DNA of 64,000 bases from Vitrella brassicaformis CCMP3155 (GCA_001179505.1 CDMY01000314.1:61453-125452), one strand, 5' to 3'; shown: positions 23,800 through 37,889, counted from the first letter of the stretch. Numbers and translations are program-made. The notes: generated by a model not told the origin, from the sequence alone.

Positions 23800-26700
23800 A
23801 AGGCTGTTTATCGGCCGGTGTCATCCGCTGTGCACTGGGCTTCTGTGCTCCGTTGTGTGTGTGTGTGAGAGTGTGTGTGTGTGACCGATCGGTCAAGCTG
23901 CGTGTTTCGTTTCGTTCTTTTTGTCGCGCCGTGTGAGAGCGTCGGCGCTTTGCTCTCTCTGGGCGTGTGTGTGAGGGGGTGGAAGAGACGGTCACGTACA
24001 CAACGGTGTATGTGTGTATTGTATGTGGGCTGGCAGAACCGTCTCGTGACGGATCATTGGACACTCATGAGGTGATGGGCGAAGTTGTTGGCGAGCTGCA
24101 TTGGATTGATGGTATCAATCATCCTTCCTCGGTCATTGTGTTGTGTCACATCGTCTCAGCAGTAAGCGCCACACGCACACACACAGGAGAGACGAGAGAT
24201 AGAGAGAAGAGTGAAGAGGTAAGCGAGAAGAGAGGAGAGAGTCCACAGACACAGACACACACATATTGTCCATTCGACAGACAGACAGACATGGATGGCA
24301 CCAAGGCAAGGCACGAGGCGACAAAAAGTGCATGGGATGACGACATGACGACGATGAGAGGTCTCTCTGCAGCATATCATGGCCATGCCATGGTGGGCGG
24401 ATGGATCGGCAGATGAGATGGATGTAAGCACACACGAACCCCCCGCCATGTGTGCAGGCAGGTACAGTAAGGGGTACAAATACTCACACACACACACACA
24501 GACACGCTCGGACACTGCACAACAGAGAGAGAGACAGAGCGAGGGAGATGGGATGAATGTCATGGCATGGGCATGTCTCGCAGGCAGTAAGGCAGGCAGC
24601 ATCAAGAAAGTGGCAAAATGCAGACAGACACGACGCGCACACGAGGCACACACACACAGAGGAAGATGGCCGGTCAGGAGGATGAAAGCGAGCAGTGTGA
24701 GATCGACTGTGAGATCGGGGTGCCTTCACACACACCCTCTCACTCACGCAGCACGCACGCACACACACGGACACACACACGGACACACACACGGACACAC
24801 ACATACACACACGCAGACACACACACAGAGCTCTCAAGACTGCTCCATCCTCACTTGGCCGCCCTCCCCATCCATCCAGCCATCCATCCATCCATCCATT
24901 CTCTCTCTCTTCGCCACGGCAGCACGCAACACGCTGCAGGTGGGGAAGATACAGACAGACACACACACACACACACACGGTCGCACACGCACTCGTACGG
25001 ACACACCAAGTACGCTTACAAAAAACTGGCCGGCCGCTCCGGAGGTCTCCCGCCCGCAAAACGCCCCGTGCGCGCGCAGACGTGACGTGACGCCCCTGTG
25101 TGTGTACGTCTGGTCTCTGTGTGTGTGTGTGCATGGAGTCCTGTCGGCCACCCGACCCGACCCGCCCATGGCTGGGATGGTGGCGCCAGGGAAAAAATTA
25201 GAGTGAGTGGCAAAGAGAGAACTATGAAGGAACCAAGGCAGGAAGGTCTGTATAGAACACAAACAATCGCCGGCTACGAAAAGCCCGTCGACCAATGAAT
25301 GAACTGACAACCAACAACACCAGACACGCAGGCAGGCAGGCAGGCAGGCAGGGGCAACGAGTCGTCTCTCTGTCTCCATTCGGGCGTCTCTTTCGTCACG
25401 CCTCGGTCCTCTCTCCCTTCGTCCGCAGGCTCTGCGCCACTCACCCTGACAGCGTAGGAGCGCCGTCAGCGTAAATGCAGCAGGTGCTGCACACGATGGG
25501 AGGGAGGACACGACCGACACGCACACCACACAGGTGAGGTGAGCCACATCCATCCATCACATCAACAACCAACATCACTGGCCGCCCCACACCATGCCAT
25601 GCCGGCCACAGCCAGTCAGTCAGTGAGAAGGTAAGAAGAAGCAAGTAGGTAGGTAAGCAAGTATGTAGGTATGTAAGCCTCCAAATATGGACGAAAAAGA
25701 CTCAGTCGACATCAGATCGGCCAGCCGGTCAGCCAGCCGGCCGGATGCGCTGAGGCAGGCGGACAGACAGACAGGCCTCTCTCTTCTTGTGTCGTGTGGG
25801 TTCTGATGTGTGCAGGTGGGGGATAGACAGATGTGTAGGAAGAACAGTAAGGCGCCAGGCAGGGCAGTCAGGCTGGCTGATGAGCAAGGAAAAAGACGCC
25901 CGCCCGTCCGGTGCGCTCTCTTCTCTTCCCATCCCGATTCCCGTGTCAGTCAGTCAGTCAGTCAGTCGTATTTACACACGCATCCCCCCACTCTCCCCCT
26001 CTCTCCGATCACTCACTCGTCTGCACCAATGCGCCGCGCCCCAGACAGCCTACCCCGACCATCCCCATTGCCCCCATTGCCCCGCCCCGGCATGTTCACC
26101 AGGCACACGCGCGAAGAATACACACAAGGAAAGTCAGATATTGGAAAAAACTCGTATCGACCACTCCTATGTGCACAACAGGAGGCAACACACACACACT
26201 CACACACACAAAGACACACACACACACCGAGATACACAGGCCGTCAGTCATGGGTGCGATCCCCCCTCTCCCCCTCCCCTCCCCCCTCCAGCTCTTTTCC
26301 TCTGTCCAGATGAGCGTGTTGTGTTACGTACATGCGGGCAAAATTTGGTGCTCGTGGCGGTGGGGTGGCGGTGGTGGTGGTGGTGATGTGTGTGTGTGTG
26401 TGGATCTACAAGTAGTAGGGTCACACGAAAAAGTGTAGCAGCAGACGAGGCGGGCAGGCGAGAAGGATGGCTGCAGTGGGTGAGTGCACTTGGGTGTGTG
26501 CGCGGGGGTGGGGTGTCTGTCTCCGCCATATACGATCATAGATGAAAAATTGGCCTGTAAGTCTGTGGTGTGCGTGCCTGTCCTGATGGAGCGAGTCGTC
26601 AATCAGGTCGCCCTGCCTACACACAAGACTGTCCTCGTCTAGCCTAGCTGCTCTAGGCGGGATCTGTCTGCTCATCTCACCACACACACTCACACCCACA

Positions 26701-29700
26701 CACACCACTGCATCACTGCATCATCACTCAGGTTTCCCCACTCCCTCCCTCCCCCGAGCCCCCACGATCGCTCAGGTAGTCAGTCCATCACGCAGACGTG
26801 TCATGCTGCATGCTGTGTGTCGTGTTGTTTTGTGTGTGTTGGTGGTGTTGGTGGTCAGGTCAGGTGATAGAGTAGACTGTACTCTATAGCGGGACCGTCG
26901 CCACGCCTCACACACGATCGTAGTGATGATGATGATGATGGTCATAACCCTGATGGTCGCATCCCACACCCACACCGACACCCCATCCATTCATCCATCA
27001 ATCCATCCATCCAGCGAGTGTCGCCACACGAGTCATGGAACCAACTGGTCGCCTGCCTATCTCCCTGATGCGGGCAAAATAACACCGTTGCGCGTCTTCC
27101 GTATTCCGTTCTATGACACCCACCCCCGCCAAACACCAGACAAAAGCGTGCTGTCTGTGTCACGTCGGGTCATGTGATGGTATGCTGTGTGGCGGCCGGC
27201 CAGCCAGCCAAGCCCAAGTGCCAAGCCCAACCGCCATGCCAGTAAGCCGCAAAAATGAAAAGCTACGGATACAGATGTTATGTGCATAAGAGTATGTGTG
27301 TGTCTGTGTCTGTGTCTGTGTGGTGGTCGGCCAGCAAGCCATACGTGCGAAGCGTCTGTGTCCTCTGTGTCCTCGTGTGTGCTTCTCTCGGACCGGCTCC
27401 CGCCGCCGCACGCTCGGTGCAGCCAGAGCGCTGATGCCAGTGCCCTGCGCACAGATGACCTGCCGCCACAGAAGTAGGCAGTTCCGAGGGAGAGCACAGA
27501 AAAGACACAGCCACAAGAGGTGAAGCATCAGCCATTTCCCCCCCAACCCCCCAGAGAGTGCTCGTCGCGTCCCTTTCTTTCTTGTAGCAGCATCCACACA
27601 TATCGCTCACCCACCCCTTCACGCGCTCACTCGTTCGTCAGCTCATCGACCTGTCGGCAGCAGGTAGGCATGAATTGACCATCCATTCATCCATTCGTCC
27701 ATCCATCCATACCAGAAGTGTCCTCCCCTCTCCCCCTCTCCACCACCCCCACCCTCCCTCCGTCCTTCTCCCATTGTGGCCCACGTCAGCCATTCATGAA
27801 GCATGCAGCAGGCAGACTGTTCGTTCGTTCGTTCGTTCGTTCGACAGACAGACAGACAGACAGACAGGGAGACACAGGGCAGCAAAATGGTAGGTATGGG
27901 CTCGGAAGCTCGGAAGCAGTGAGTGAGTGAGTCAGTGAGTGATTCATAGCAAAATCTCGACGCAGCATCGATCCACACGCACACACACATACACACATAT
28001 ACACACACACACACACACGCAAACACACGCACGCACGCACACACGGCACACCACACCCACTCTCCCCTGCCCTCCCCTCGGCCCCCGTTATCGGTGTCCA
28101 CACTTCGCACGCACGACCATTCATTGATTCGTCCTGACTGACCTGTTTGTTTGCTTTGCTTTGGGATAGCGTTACGTAAGCCTCCCGTACGCACACAGAC
28201 AGACAGACAGACAGACAGAGAGACAGACGGGCGAGTAGATCGACAGGTAGACAGGTAGACAGGCAGCCAGCCAGGCACACGTGACGATGGCACAGACATG
28301 TAGGCCAGCGAATCGCATGAGGCAGTGAGGCAGTGAGGCAGTGAGTGACTGAGCGAGTAGTCACTGAAGAGCAGCCCTTCCCCTCCCCATCCCACCCCCT
28401 CCCGCCGCCCGTATAATGCGTGCCAAGAGGCATGTCCCCTCCCTCCCTCCCTCCCTCCCTCTCCACCACTTCGACAGACAAGTAGGCAGACAAGTAGGCT
28501 ATGGAATCAGTCAGTCAGTCAGTCAGTGAGTCAGTCAGTCGATCGCGCAAAAGGCCCGCGTCAAGCGGGCGGAAAAGCCAAAAGACCAACAGATGAAGGA
28601 AGGGATGAATGGATGGATGGATGGATGAACCAATCGACCAGCCACCCACCCAGGGAGGCAGCCAGTCGAGAGGAAGGAAGGAGTCAATCGAGGCGGCCGG
28701 TCGTCCAATCCAATCGCACCACACACACCAAGAAACGGACAGAAATACACACAGGAGGGGTGGGGGTGGAACATACATATCAGGTCGGTCGCAGACAGAC
28801 AGACGGGCAGAAAGCATGCAGGCGTATGAACGGACCGGAGACAGACCTTTCCAGCCTCTCCCCCCTCCCCTCCCTCCCTCCCTCCCTCCCTCTCTCCCTC
28901 CCTCCCTCTCTCCCTCCCTGTCTCCCTCTCCCACCCTGATACGCACCGACCAGTGCCTTGGGCCATGCCTCAGGCTCCGCAGTCTCACCTATGTGTCTAC
29001 TGCCTCGCAGGCAGCGGGCTGTGGGGGTGGGTGGTGAGTGAGTGCATCAGAGTGTCCACCAGACAGTTGCCTCGGGGCGGACCAAAAGCGGACAAAACAC
29101 TCACACCCACACCGACCCACACCAGACGCAAACCGCTAGGCAGGCAGGCAGGCACTACAAAACGGTCGGTGCGCATGATGGATGGGAGCACCCGTGACAG
29201 AGGGGGAGGGGGGATCGAGGGGAAGAGCAAGCTGCGCCGCCGGCGATTCTTGTCTCATGTAGGGGGGCTTGCACTACTTGTGTGCGTGGTGTGGGAGAGA
29301 GGCAGGCAGGCAGGCAGGCAGGCAATGTCTGGACAGCAGTGGGTGGGAGAGAAGACGGGCAGGCACACAGAAAACCACTCATCGCACTCATACGGACAGG
29401 CAAAACCACGCACACACACACACACACACGCTCACATGTAGACAAGGTGTGGTGTCCGTCTGTATCACTCACTCAACGCCCTCTCGGCTGTGACAACAAG
29501 CTGTGTGAGCGATGCCATCCCATGCATGCTGTGACGGTGTGGTGTGATGTCATGTGATGTTGATGTCATGTGATGTCATGTGACTGATGGTGGTGGGTGG
29601 GGCAGTGGGTACCTGCTTGCTTCACAAATACAGTACACACATGCCATGCCGGCCGGCCAGACCACCACAACACACAACACACAACACACAACACGCGACA

Positions 29701-29853
29701 CACGATAGACAACCAGACAGACAGACAGCCAGACGAACGAGCAGCCACACTACCGTCGCCCACCCACCCAGACAGACAAGAGTAATCGGCCAGTCGATGC
29801 ATGCAGGACTACGCCATCGGTGCGAGTGTATGACACGCCCCCCCCCCCCCCCC
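23800..29853. repeat. About 6-kb microsatellite-rich interval without a credible long ORF: (CA)n, (GT)n, (CAGA)n, (CAGG)n, (CAGT)n, (CCAT)n, (CCCT)n
   Basis: The ORFs listed here translate to HT/CV/RQ/GW dipeptide repeats typical of non-coding simple repeats. Confidence 0.8.
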
Positions 29854-30153
29854 NNNNNNNNNNNNNNNNNNNNNNNNNNNNNNNNNNNNNNNNNNNNNNN
29901 NNNNNNNNNNNNNNNNNNNNNNNNNNNNNNNNNNNNNNNNNNNNNNNNNNNNNNNNNNNNNNNNNNNNNNNNNNNNNNNNNNNNNNNNNNNNNNNNNNNN
30001 NNNNNNNNNNNNNNNNNNNNNNNNNNNNNNNNNNNNNNNNNNNNNNNNNNNNNNNNNNNNNNNNNNNNNNNNNNNNNNNNNNNNNNNNNNNNNNNNNNNN
30101 NNNNNNNNNNNNNNNNNNNNNNNNNNNNNNNNNNNNNNNNNNNNNNNNNNNNN
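29854..30153. other. Scaffold gap (300 N) flanked by poly-C
   Basis: C homopolymers on both sides. Confidence 0.95.
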
Positions 30154-30267
30154 CCCCCCCGCCCCGCCCCTAGTGACCCCACTCCTGCCTGCAGCCATGT
30201 GTGTGGGGCGAGTGAGTGAGCTCCCCCCGGCCCCTGTTCCCTCCCTCTCCACATCCCCCCTGGACGT

Positions 30268-32600
30268 CTATTCTTCGTACTGCTCGCAGCACTGCAGCGT
30301 CGACGACAGACTCCGCATCTCTGAGCGAATGACACAACAGACACAGCAGCAGGCACGATCACCGGACTGCTCGCTCCCTCTCTCTCTCTCTCTCTCTCGC
30401 TCTCATTCTCACCGTTAGTCTGGCACATGTTGATGGCCTGTATGGCTGTGATGAAGTGGATCTGGCTGCAGGTGGGGTCGGCCCCGCTCGTGGGCGTCAT
30501 GGGCGACGGCGCGTGGGTCGACGGCGTCAGGCCACCCGTGTTGCACGACGCTCCCATGGGGCTCATCTGCAGCGGCGGCGGCATCATCCCACCCCCAATC
30601 TGGCCGGGCAAGAAACACGGCTGACACACACACACACACACACACATGCCCGAGAGACGTATGAGCGAGCCGTCTCTGTGTGCGTGTCGATGTGTGAGTG
30701 ACGTACGTACCTGGGTGTGGAAGACGTCATTGGGCAGCAGTGGCGGCAGTCCCCCCTGCTGACGCACCATGCTGGGCCCCCCTGCCGCCCCCTGCGGCAC
30801 CTGTGGCTGCCCGCAGCCCATCGCCTGTATGCCGGCCGGCATGATCGCGTTGCTGCTGGGGCTCACGTGGTGTGTGGGCGACGCCAGGTGACACACGCGG
30901 CCGTTGTTGTTGATGCTGATGATCGACGGGTCGTCGACGATGGGGCCCATCTCGAGTCGCATGCTGGTGGCGGCCATGTGGGCGTTGGCGGCCTCTACGG
31001 GCGGCTGCTGCTGCTGCTTGTTGACGGCGGCTGCGTGTGTGGGCGGCTGCATGATGCCCTCCTGTTTGGGCGAGGCCATGCCGTAGCTGCCGTTGGACGA
31101 GTGGCCCCAGACAGACTGGCCCTCACTCTGGGTGGGCGTGTCCTCGGAGGACTCCCCATCTGACGCACCCGCCCAGGTCACCGACTTGTCCGAGTGGGGT
31201 GGCGAGGTCGTCCCCCAGTTGTCGGCAACGCTCGGGTCAATCGCCGATGCCGTAATCACCACCTCAGCCCCCCGCTGCTGCTGCTGCTGCTGCTGGCCCC
31301 CTTCGACAACGACATCGCTAATGGGCTGGGGGGCCGGCGACTGCTGCTGGTGCTGCTGCTGTTGGGTGTGGCCGATGTTGTGCAGCGGGTGGATGATGGT
31401 GTGGCGTCTGCCGCCCCCGCCCGAGCGGGCCTGAGGTGTGCGCGAGGCCGCGTGGGTGGGCGTCAGGTCGCAGTGGGTGATGCTGTGGTGGTCGTGCGAG
31501 TAGAAGCGGCCCCGACCGCCGTGGTGTCTGGCCATGGGCAACTTGTCGCCCGCCTTGAGATGGAAGAGCGGGCCGGCGAAGTGGACCGAATGGTGGCGGC
31601 GGCGCTGCTCGTCGGGGGGCGGGTGGTGCAGTGGGTGGTGGTGGTGGTGATTGCCACGTGTGGGTGAGGGCTGCGTGGATGCGACCTCAGAGGGTGTGTC
31701 CGTCATCAGGGGGTCGTCACACGGGTGCTTCCCCTCCGCCTGCATCAACCTAACAGACAAAGGATGGAACGGAACGAGGAGTAGACGATGTGTGTGTGTG
31801 TGTGTGTCTGGTGTGTGGGTGATGTCAAACAGTGAGTGTAGTGCATGCTGATTGAGCATTTACTTGAGGGTGCGCAGTTCCTCTACTCCGTGTGCGTATC
31901 TGCATCTGTCGCCCGCCGTGCACTGCCCCTTCTGCCACAGGAAACAGAGACTCGTCTTGTAACACGCCGCTGGGCTACGCAACTCCTCAGCGCCTGGACA
32001 CACACACAGACAGACAGACAGACACCAAAGAGCCATCTCATCTTCTTGCCTGTCTGCGTGTGGTGCACAGGGCGTGTGAGCTGCAGTCGTCACTCCTCAC
32101 TCACTCACCGTGGGCGAACTGGCAGGTGGGGTCGTGACACTTCCCCTTGGCCCACATGCCACATATCTTCGTCTGTGCAGACAGACAGACAGACAGACAG
32201 GGATGGACAGACGATGAGTGAGGGAGAGTGAAGCCGTGCCATGCCGCGCTGTGGTGTGGTGTGGTACCTTTCTGAGGTCGGGTTGCGCTCTCAGCTCCTC
32301 AGTGCTGTGCGCGAACGTGCAGTTGGTCCCCCGCAGACACCGGTTCTCGCTGCACACACACAGGCGTCAGTGTTGCCTTGTCCGTCTGTCTGTCTGTGCG
32401 CTGTCTGCCGCGTCATGTCCTCCTTCCTTTGTGTGTTGCCAAGCTTGCTTACAGGAAGAATCGACAGACTTTAGTCTTGTAGCACTGCATGGTCATGATT
32501 GAGGGGAAGTGTGGCGGCGTGTCGGTGGTGGTGGTGCTGACGTGGGTCGGCAACACGGCTAGCGGGTCGGAAGGGCCAGAGGGAGGGGGCGGGGCACCTG
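30268..32600 (-). CDS. Triple CCCH zinc-finger (TIS11/ZFP36-like) RNA-binding protein with long Gln/His/Pro-rich tail; start codon upstream of 32600 not resolved
   Basis: Spliced fingers YKTKVCRFFL|ENRCLRGTNCTFAHSTEELRAQPDLRK|TKICGMWAKGKCHDPTCQFAHG|AEELRSPAACYKTSLCFLWQKGQCTAGDRCRYAHGVEELR. Last exon EMRSLSSTLQCCEQYEE* (TAG 30268-30270). Confidence 0.9.
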
Positions 32601-33363
32601 GTAGCTCATCCACCTTGACGCACGGACTCCTCACAACAGCAACACGACGATGAAACTCCACTCTGTTCGATCACCAGAGGCAACTGAGTGTGTGTGTGTG
32701 TGTCGCGTGTGTAGCCCCTCCCTCTCTGTGTGCCCGTGTGGAAGTTACCTTGGCAGCTCTTCGCGGTCAATCGCTCACACAAGCGCTCGGTCTCACGACT
32801 TCCTGCACACACAGCGCACACAAGCGCAGCCAAGGCACAAAACGTGCATCAAGGAGGAGACACACGCACCACGGCTCACTAGAACCACATGCACTTGTCA
32901 TCACAGCGTCACTAAGCTGAGCCTATCTCCCCCCTCCCCCCTCCATGAGTCGGCGGCAGCCGTCGCCACCAGGCAGAACGGATCTCTCTCTGCCAGATGC
33001 TGACATGCCTCCCTCACTCTATGTCTCGCCCTGCCCGCTCCCACCCACCCCCCTCATCAGCCTCGGTGCCAGGTGCTCTTCCTGCCTGGTGCGTCGACGC
33101 TGTCGCATCTGTCCCCTCCCTCCCTGCCTCTCTGCCCACCCCTCCGAGATCATGAACCTCACACGCCTGTCTGTGTGTCGTGTGTGGTGTTGCCTGCGTG
33201 TGCTACCTTTCAGCTTTTCCACAGCGCGTTGCTGAGCGAGCCAGAAAAGAAGCGTATCCGCGTTGACTCCCGCGTTGTGTGGCAGTGCGAGCTTGTGAAG
33301 GAGTGACGTGTGGATGTGATCAAACTGCCAGAGGGGAAGCAGCGCGTGTCAGTGTCCGCAGTC

Positions 33364-35820
33364 ATGAACCCCAAAATGAAAGATCTGCTTCTGGTGGTTT
33401 GCTTGGCAATGTCCGCGGTGCTTCATGGCTGTGCCGGGCAGATGGTGGCCATTCAGCAGACAGAGGCGAGAGACGACGGCGACACAGACGGCAGTGGTAA
33501 GATTGCTCTCCCCGAGGCGTCAAATGATCCGACCATCGGCAACATCGATGCCAAGAGATCCGCACATGAGGAGTGAGTGGGTGCGGGAGGGAGGGAGGGA
33601 GCGAAGCACGTGTGCAGAGAGGCCTCACGGGGCTCATTTCTAATGGTTGATGTGTCTGAATCTGTGTGTGTGTGTGTGTGTGTGGTTTCAGTCTGCTGTA
33701 TTGGGCCATCAGGAACAGTGACCCCGACAAGATCGCCGACTTGGCTGCCAGGTATCAGGCAGAGGGCCTCACCATCAAAGACAAACTGGGCCAGGAGCTC
33801 TTCGACGAGTTCTTCGTAAGACTTTCCCCTCCCTCCCTCCCTCCCTCCTTCCTCCATTAGTCACCATGAGTTGTATCTCTGTGCGCCTTGTGGGTGGCTG
33901 TGTGCTCATGGCACCAGGTTGAGGAGACCGACATTATGAAGCGGATCGTGTCGCACCTAAAGAACGACACACTCATACACAATGACCCGGACGCCATCGA
34001 GTGAGAGAGAGGCACTCTGAAACGCAAACCACAGTAGGGAGGGGGAGGAATACTCGTTCTGTGTGTGTGTGTAAATGTAAGAGCAGATTTGCTTGAACTG
34101 GAAGAGCTCATGGTGACCGACCGGCCAGCCAGACGGACGGACAACCGTCACACAACGAGAAGCTGTGCCGTCTCTGTTCGTGCGTGTGTTTGTTTGCTTG
34201 TTTGTGTCAGCACCAAGTCGACAACGCCATGAACCTCAGGGCCATCGGGTAAGCAAACCAACCACAGACCCACACACAGCCAGCCATGAGCGCTGTGCTT
34301 CTGTGTCTGTGTGTTGATTTGATTGCAGCGGTATGGGCGTCGTGGTGTCGCTTATCTTCAATGACACGCTGCCAGCCAGGTAGGGTAGGTGGGGAGGTCG
34401 GTGCGTCTGTGTGGGTGGCAACAACACTCGTCGTGTCCTCCTCGTGAGTGCAGCGTAAGGACGGCAGCCACATGGACCATTGGCACCGCCGCACAGGTGG
34501 GAAGGGACGAAAGAACGAACCAACAATCATTCTGGTGTCTGTCGGCGTGTTGATTGCTTCCTCCGGTGTGCAGAACAATCAGCAGGTGCAGGCCGACCTG
34601 CGAGAGCTCAACTTCCTGCCCAGGATGGGGCCGCTCACAAAGCTGGAGTGCGCCCACTCGGGGTTTGCCAACCTGACTGAGGCTCACGCCAAGCCGTCGC
34701 GGGAGCTATGCGGCAAGCTGCTCTACACCCTGTCGGCCATCATCAAGAACAACAGAGACGTACGACGAAAACACAGGACAAAATCAGAAGCCCACCACGT
34801 ACTGACTGACAGATGGCCCGCGTGTTGTGTTGCCCCGCCCACCTGTGTGCAGGCTCTGGCGGAGGCCGACCAGCTGGGGGTCTTCACCTGGATGGTCGAC
34901 GCACTGCCCAGATTCGTCGAGGCGGACCGTGCGAGCGCCCCAATACTGAAAAAGGTGAGGTTAGGTGAGAGAGCCATGCAGGCCGCCATCTGTGCAGACA
35001 GGTGCGTGTGTGTGGGTGGGGGTGTGTGTGGTGCAGGTCGTAGCATTATTGGAGACTGCTCTCGTGCAGCGGCCTGACAGCGACTGGGTTGACCATCTCG
35101 CACTCAGACAACCGGTGGACAGACAGCGAGACGAAAACGACACGGTCCCCTCATCTGTCTGGTGGGGCGGGGCGGTGCGGTGTTTGTGTGTCAGGAGGAG
35201 AGCATGGCAGTGGTGCTCCGGTCGCTGCTCTCAGCCCCAATCAACACAATGCCCGACGGCCGAACCGTCAACCTTGACCTCTCAGAAAAACTCCTGGCTC
35301 TCGGTCGGTACCATACACACCCCAATCATAATAGCGGTTCACTCCCATGCACTTTCCCACTCCCTGCCTGTCAGGTGCGGCCATCTACGAGAGGTCCTCA
35401 GCCGCCAATTCGTTCGCAGGCAATGGCATGTCAGCGGACCCCACATCCCTTCTCGCCGGTCTTCACGCCAGTGAGGCCTCCGTGGCTGCCTTCAAGAAGG
35501 GGGCTGACGATGTCGTCAGCGGGTGCCTCAACGCCACAAAGGCTGACGGCGGCAAGGGAGAGGAAGATGCAGCACACGGTGAGCACACCACCAGACGCGT
35601 CGATCTACCTCTGTGTGTGTTGTGGCCGTCCATCGCTCGTCAATCAGCGTGCAGCGGGCTGCTCGAGCTCTACCACCATCGGCTGGAGGCCCCGCTCACC
35701 AACGACCTGTCGCGGATACGAGAGGCCAGACACGCGCTGGAACCACACCATGGGGAAGAGGAGAAAGGGGTGCACCGCCACCATCCACCACCAGAGAAGA
35801 CAAGGAGGGAAGAGCTGTGA
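33364..35820 (+). CDS. ER-lumenal Hsp70 nucleotide-exchange factor, SIL1/Fes1/HspBP1-like (ARM repeats)
   Basis: Signal peptide MNPKMKDLLLVVCLAMSAVLHGCAG; LLYWAIRNSDP; VDNAMNLRAIG; GVQNNQQVQADL; KLLYTLSAIIKNN. C-terminal REEL* is an ER-retention-like tetrapeptide. Confidence 0.8.
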
Positions 35821-36222
35821 GTGGTGAGTGCGTGGTGCAGAGCGGCTGCTGGGTGTGTGCGTGTGTACATATTCGTCAGAGACTCGATCGACCTGCGACG
35901 CTATGCTTGAGATCGATGTGACGGACCGACGTCATGTGTGTCCATACGAACTGATAAAGCCTTTATTTGTGACCACCAAGAGCCACACACACAAAACATG
36001 CATTCAGGCTTCACAGCGTCACGGCACGCACAATGTCGTCCGTCACGTTTGTTCCTCTACCGGGGCGCTTTCAAACACACATTCGCGCACACGCAACGGT
36101 CTGCTAATGGACCACACACAGAAGAAATACTACTGTACACCCCGCGCCCCCAACCAACCAGTCCATCGCTACAGTAACCACACACCCCATCCTTCAGCCC
36201 TGCACCATCTCGACAGAGTCAG

Positions 36223-36504
36223 TCATTTGCCCTTGTTGTCCTCAGCGTCGAGCTCATCCGAGCTCTGCGCGCCCAGGAGGTAGTCAAGGCAGTTGAACAC
36301 CTTCAAGACGGGATCCCGAAAGGTGGCCCCGAACCAGAGGCCAAAGAGGAGCCCCACTCCCAGGCCGGTCCAGAAGCCAAACACAGGCGTCTGCCCTGCC
36401 GGTGTGCCGTGGCCGTCCTTGAGCGTCTGCTCGTACTCTTTCAGGTACGCCTGGCCGCCTAACAGCCCTCCGCCCAGCAGCAGGGCCGGCAGGAAGATGC
36501 CCAT
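36223..36504 (-). CDS. Small intronless membrane protein (93 aa, two hydrophobic segments)
   Basis: MGIFLPALLLGGGLLGG...FGFWTGLGVGLLFGLWFGATF; clean ORF, head-to-head with the next gene. Confidence 0.55.
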   Translation of the reverse strand: MGIFLPALLLGGGLLGGQAYLKEYEQTLKDGHGTPAGQTPVFGFWTGLGVGLLFGLWFGATFRDPVLKVFNCLDYLLGAQSSDELDAEDNKGK

Positions 36505-36854
36505 CAATCAACAGCAGCGACGTGGATGAAGGATGAAAGGGATCTGCAGGCAAGCTGCAGCAAAGCACCCGAATGGTCTCACGCCGGCTGCCCGTTTGTC
36601 GACGCCACTGAAGAAAGGGAGATGTTAATCAGCGAAGCGCTTGGGAGTTGTGCGGCTCGGGCAGTATGTGTTGAAGATGCTCTCAATGAACAGCAGGGTC
36701 CTCCAGCCCCTCTCTTTCGCATCCTTTTCCTGCGAGCTTCGTTGCGAGCTTCGCTTTCTTGGAGAGAGATTCCCCCTGGGCATCATAAAGGACGCTGAGA
36801 AGCTGTTGTTGCTGCTGAAATCGCTTGTGATTGGGAGATCTCTGGTGTTGACAA

Positions 36855-37475
36855 ATGATGAATGCTCAGCCGCGGCAACGAAGACCATTGCGGTGGCCGT
36901 CTATCCTCCTCTGGCTCTCATCGTGCATCATCCACTTCGCCCTGTCGAGCAGCATATCCCCCCCAGCTTTCGTCCCCTCACCCCTTTCACGCCTCCCGAT
37001 CTCAAGGCTGTCCCATCCGCTGCACAGCAGCCAGCCCAGATCAGCTTCACTCCTGCGCCTTGCGAGCGAGGCGGCCACAAAGAAGACTCGCAAGACATCG
37101 ACGGAGGAGGAGTTGCCGCCGAGGTCGGCAGCACCATCTGCAGAGGAAGAGGAAGTGGCGGAGCCGACGCGTCCGCCGCCTCCGAAGGGCAGCAAGTTGG
37201 TGGTATATCTGAATGACATCGAGGCGGTGGAGCGTGAGGTGCTGGAGGAGGGGGCCGACCTGTTCACCATCCTGGCTGAGAGGAAGGGCGTGGATCTGCG
37301 CGACTACGAGGAGGTGGAGATCCGCATGTGGGAGTCCATACGGCTCAGAAACATCCTCATCGTCGTGGGGTTTGTCGTGGCGGCCGTCGCTTACAACCTC
37401 TGGGTCGGGAGCGTGGTCGAGAAGCTGGACACACAGCCGCTCGACGCCCTCATTGAGCAGTCAATGCTGTGGTGA
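36855..37475 (+). CDS. Intronless, probably plastid-targeted membrane protein of unknown function
   Basis: Signal peptide followed by ...PPAFVPSPLSRL and a Ser/Arg/Pro-rich transit-like region; acidic domain; one C-terminal TM segment (ILIVVGFVVAAVAYNLWVG). Confidence 0.7.
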   Translation: MMNAQPRQRRPLRWPSILLWLSSCIIHFALSSSISPPAFVPSPLSRLPISRLSHPLHSSQPRSASLLRLASEAATKKTRKTSTEEELPPRSAAPSAEEEEVAEPTRPPPPKGSKLVVYLNDIEAVEREVLEEGADLFTILAERKGVDLRDYEEVEIRMWESIRLRNILIVVGFVVAAVAYNLWVGSVVEKLDTQPLDALIEQSMLW

Positions 37476-37889
37476 CAACGGGGGCAGGGACCGAAGGGTG
37501 CGTGTGGGCGTGGGCGCGAGTGTGTGTACAGATGAGGGTGGGGTGGGTGGCTGATGGCCTCGCTAGGCAGACTGAGAATGAAAGGGCCGTCCTTTCAACG
37601 TGGAGAGAGAGTGTTTTTTTCTGTGGCGAGCTCTCTTCTTCCATTGGTCGGTCGTATGAACTTCCTTGCTGTGTGTCGCTGTTTTTGATGATGACGACGT
37701 CAACGCATGAATCGGGGCCGTGTGCGAGTGCCCTGATTCATTCGGTGCCACCGTCGCCCTCAAGAACAGCGAAAGCACTCGATCAATGAGAAACCAGCAC
37801 TCATGCGTGCGACATTTTACATGGAATTTTTGACTTAATCATGCCCCTCTGCATGCACACAGACCATGGCCAGAGTTTTCGTATATGAA

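Noticed and set aside
24660-24710. Minus-strand DLTLLAFILLTGHLPL resembling kinase subdomain IX
   Set aside because: It is an isolated 50-bp block with no other kinase motifs and ambiguous strand and phase.
24400-29800. Long ORFs rich in HT, CV, RQ or GW repeats
   Set aside because: They are translations of microsatellites without start context or domain content.
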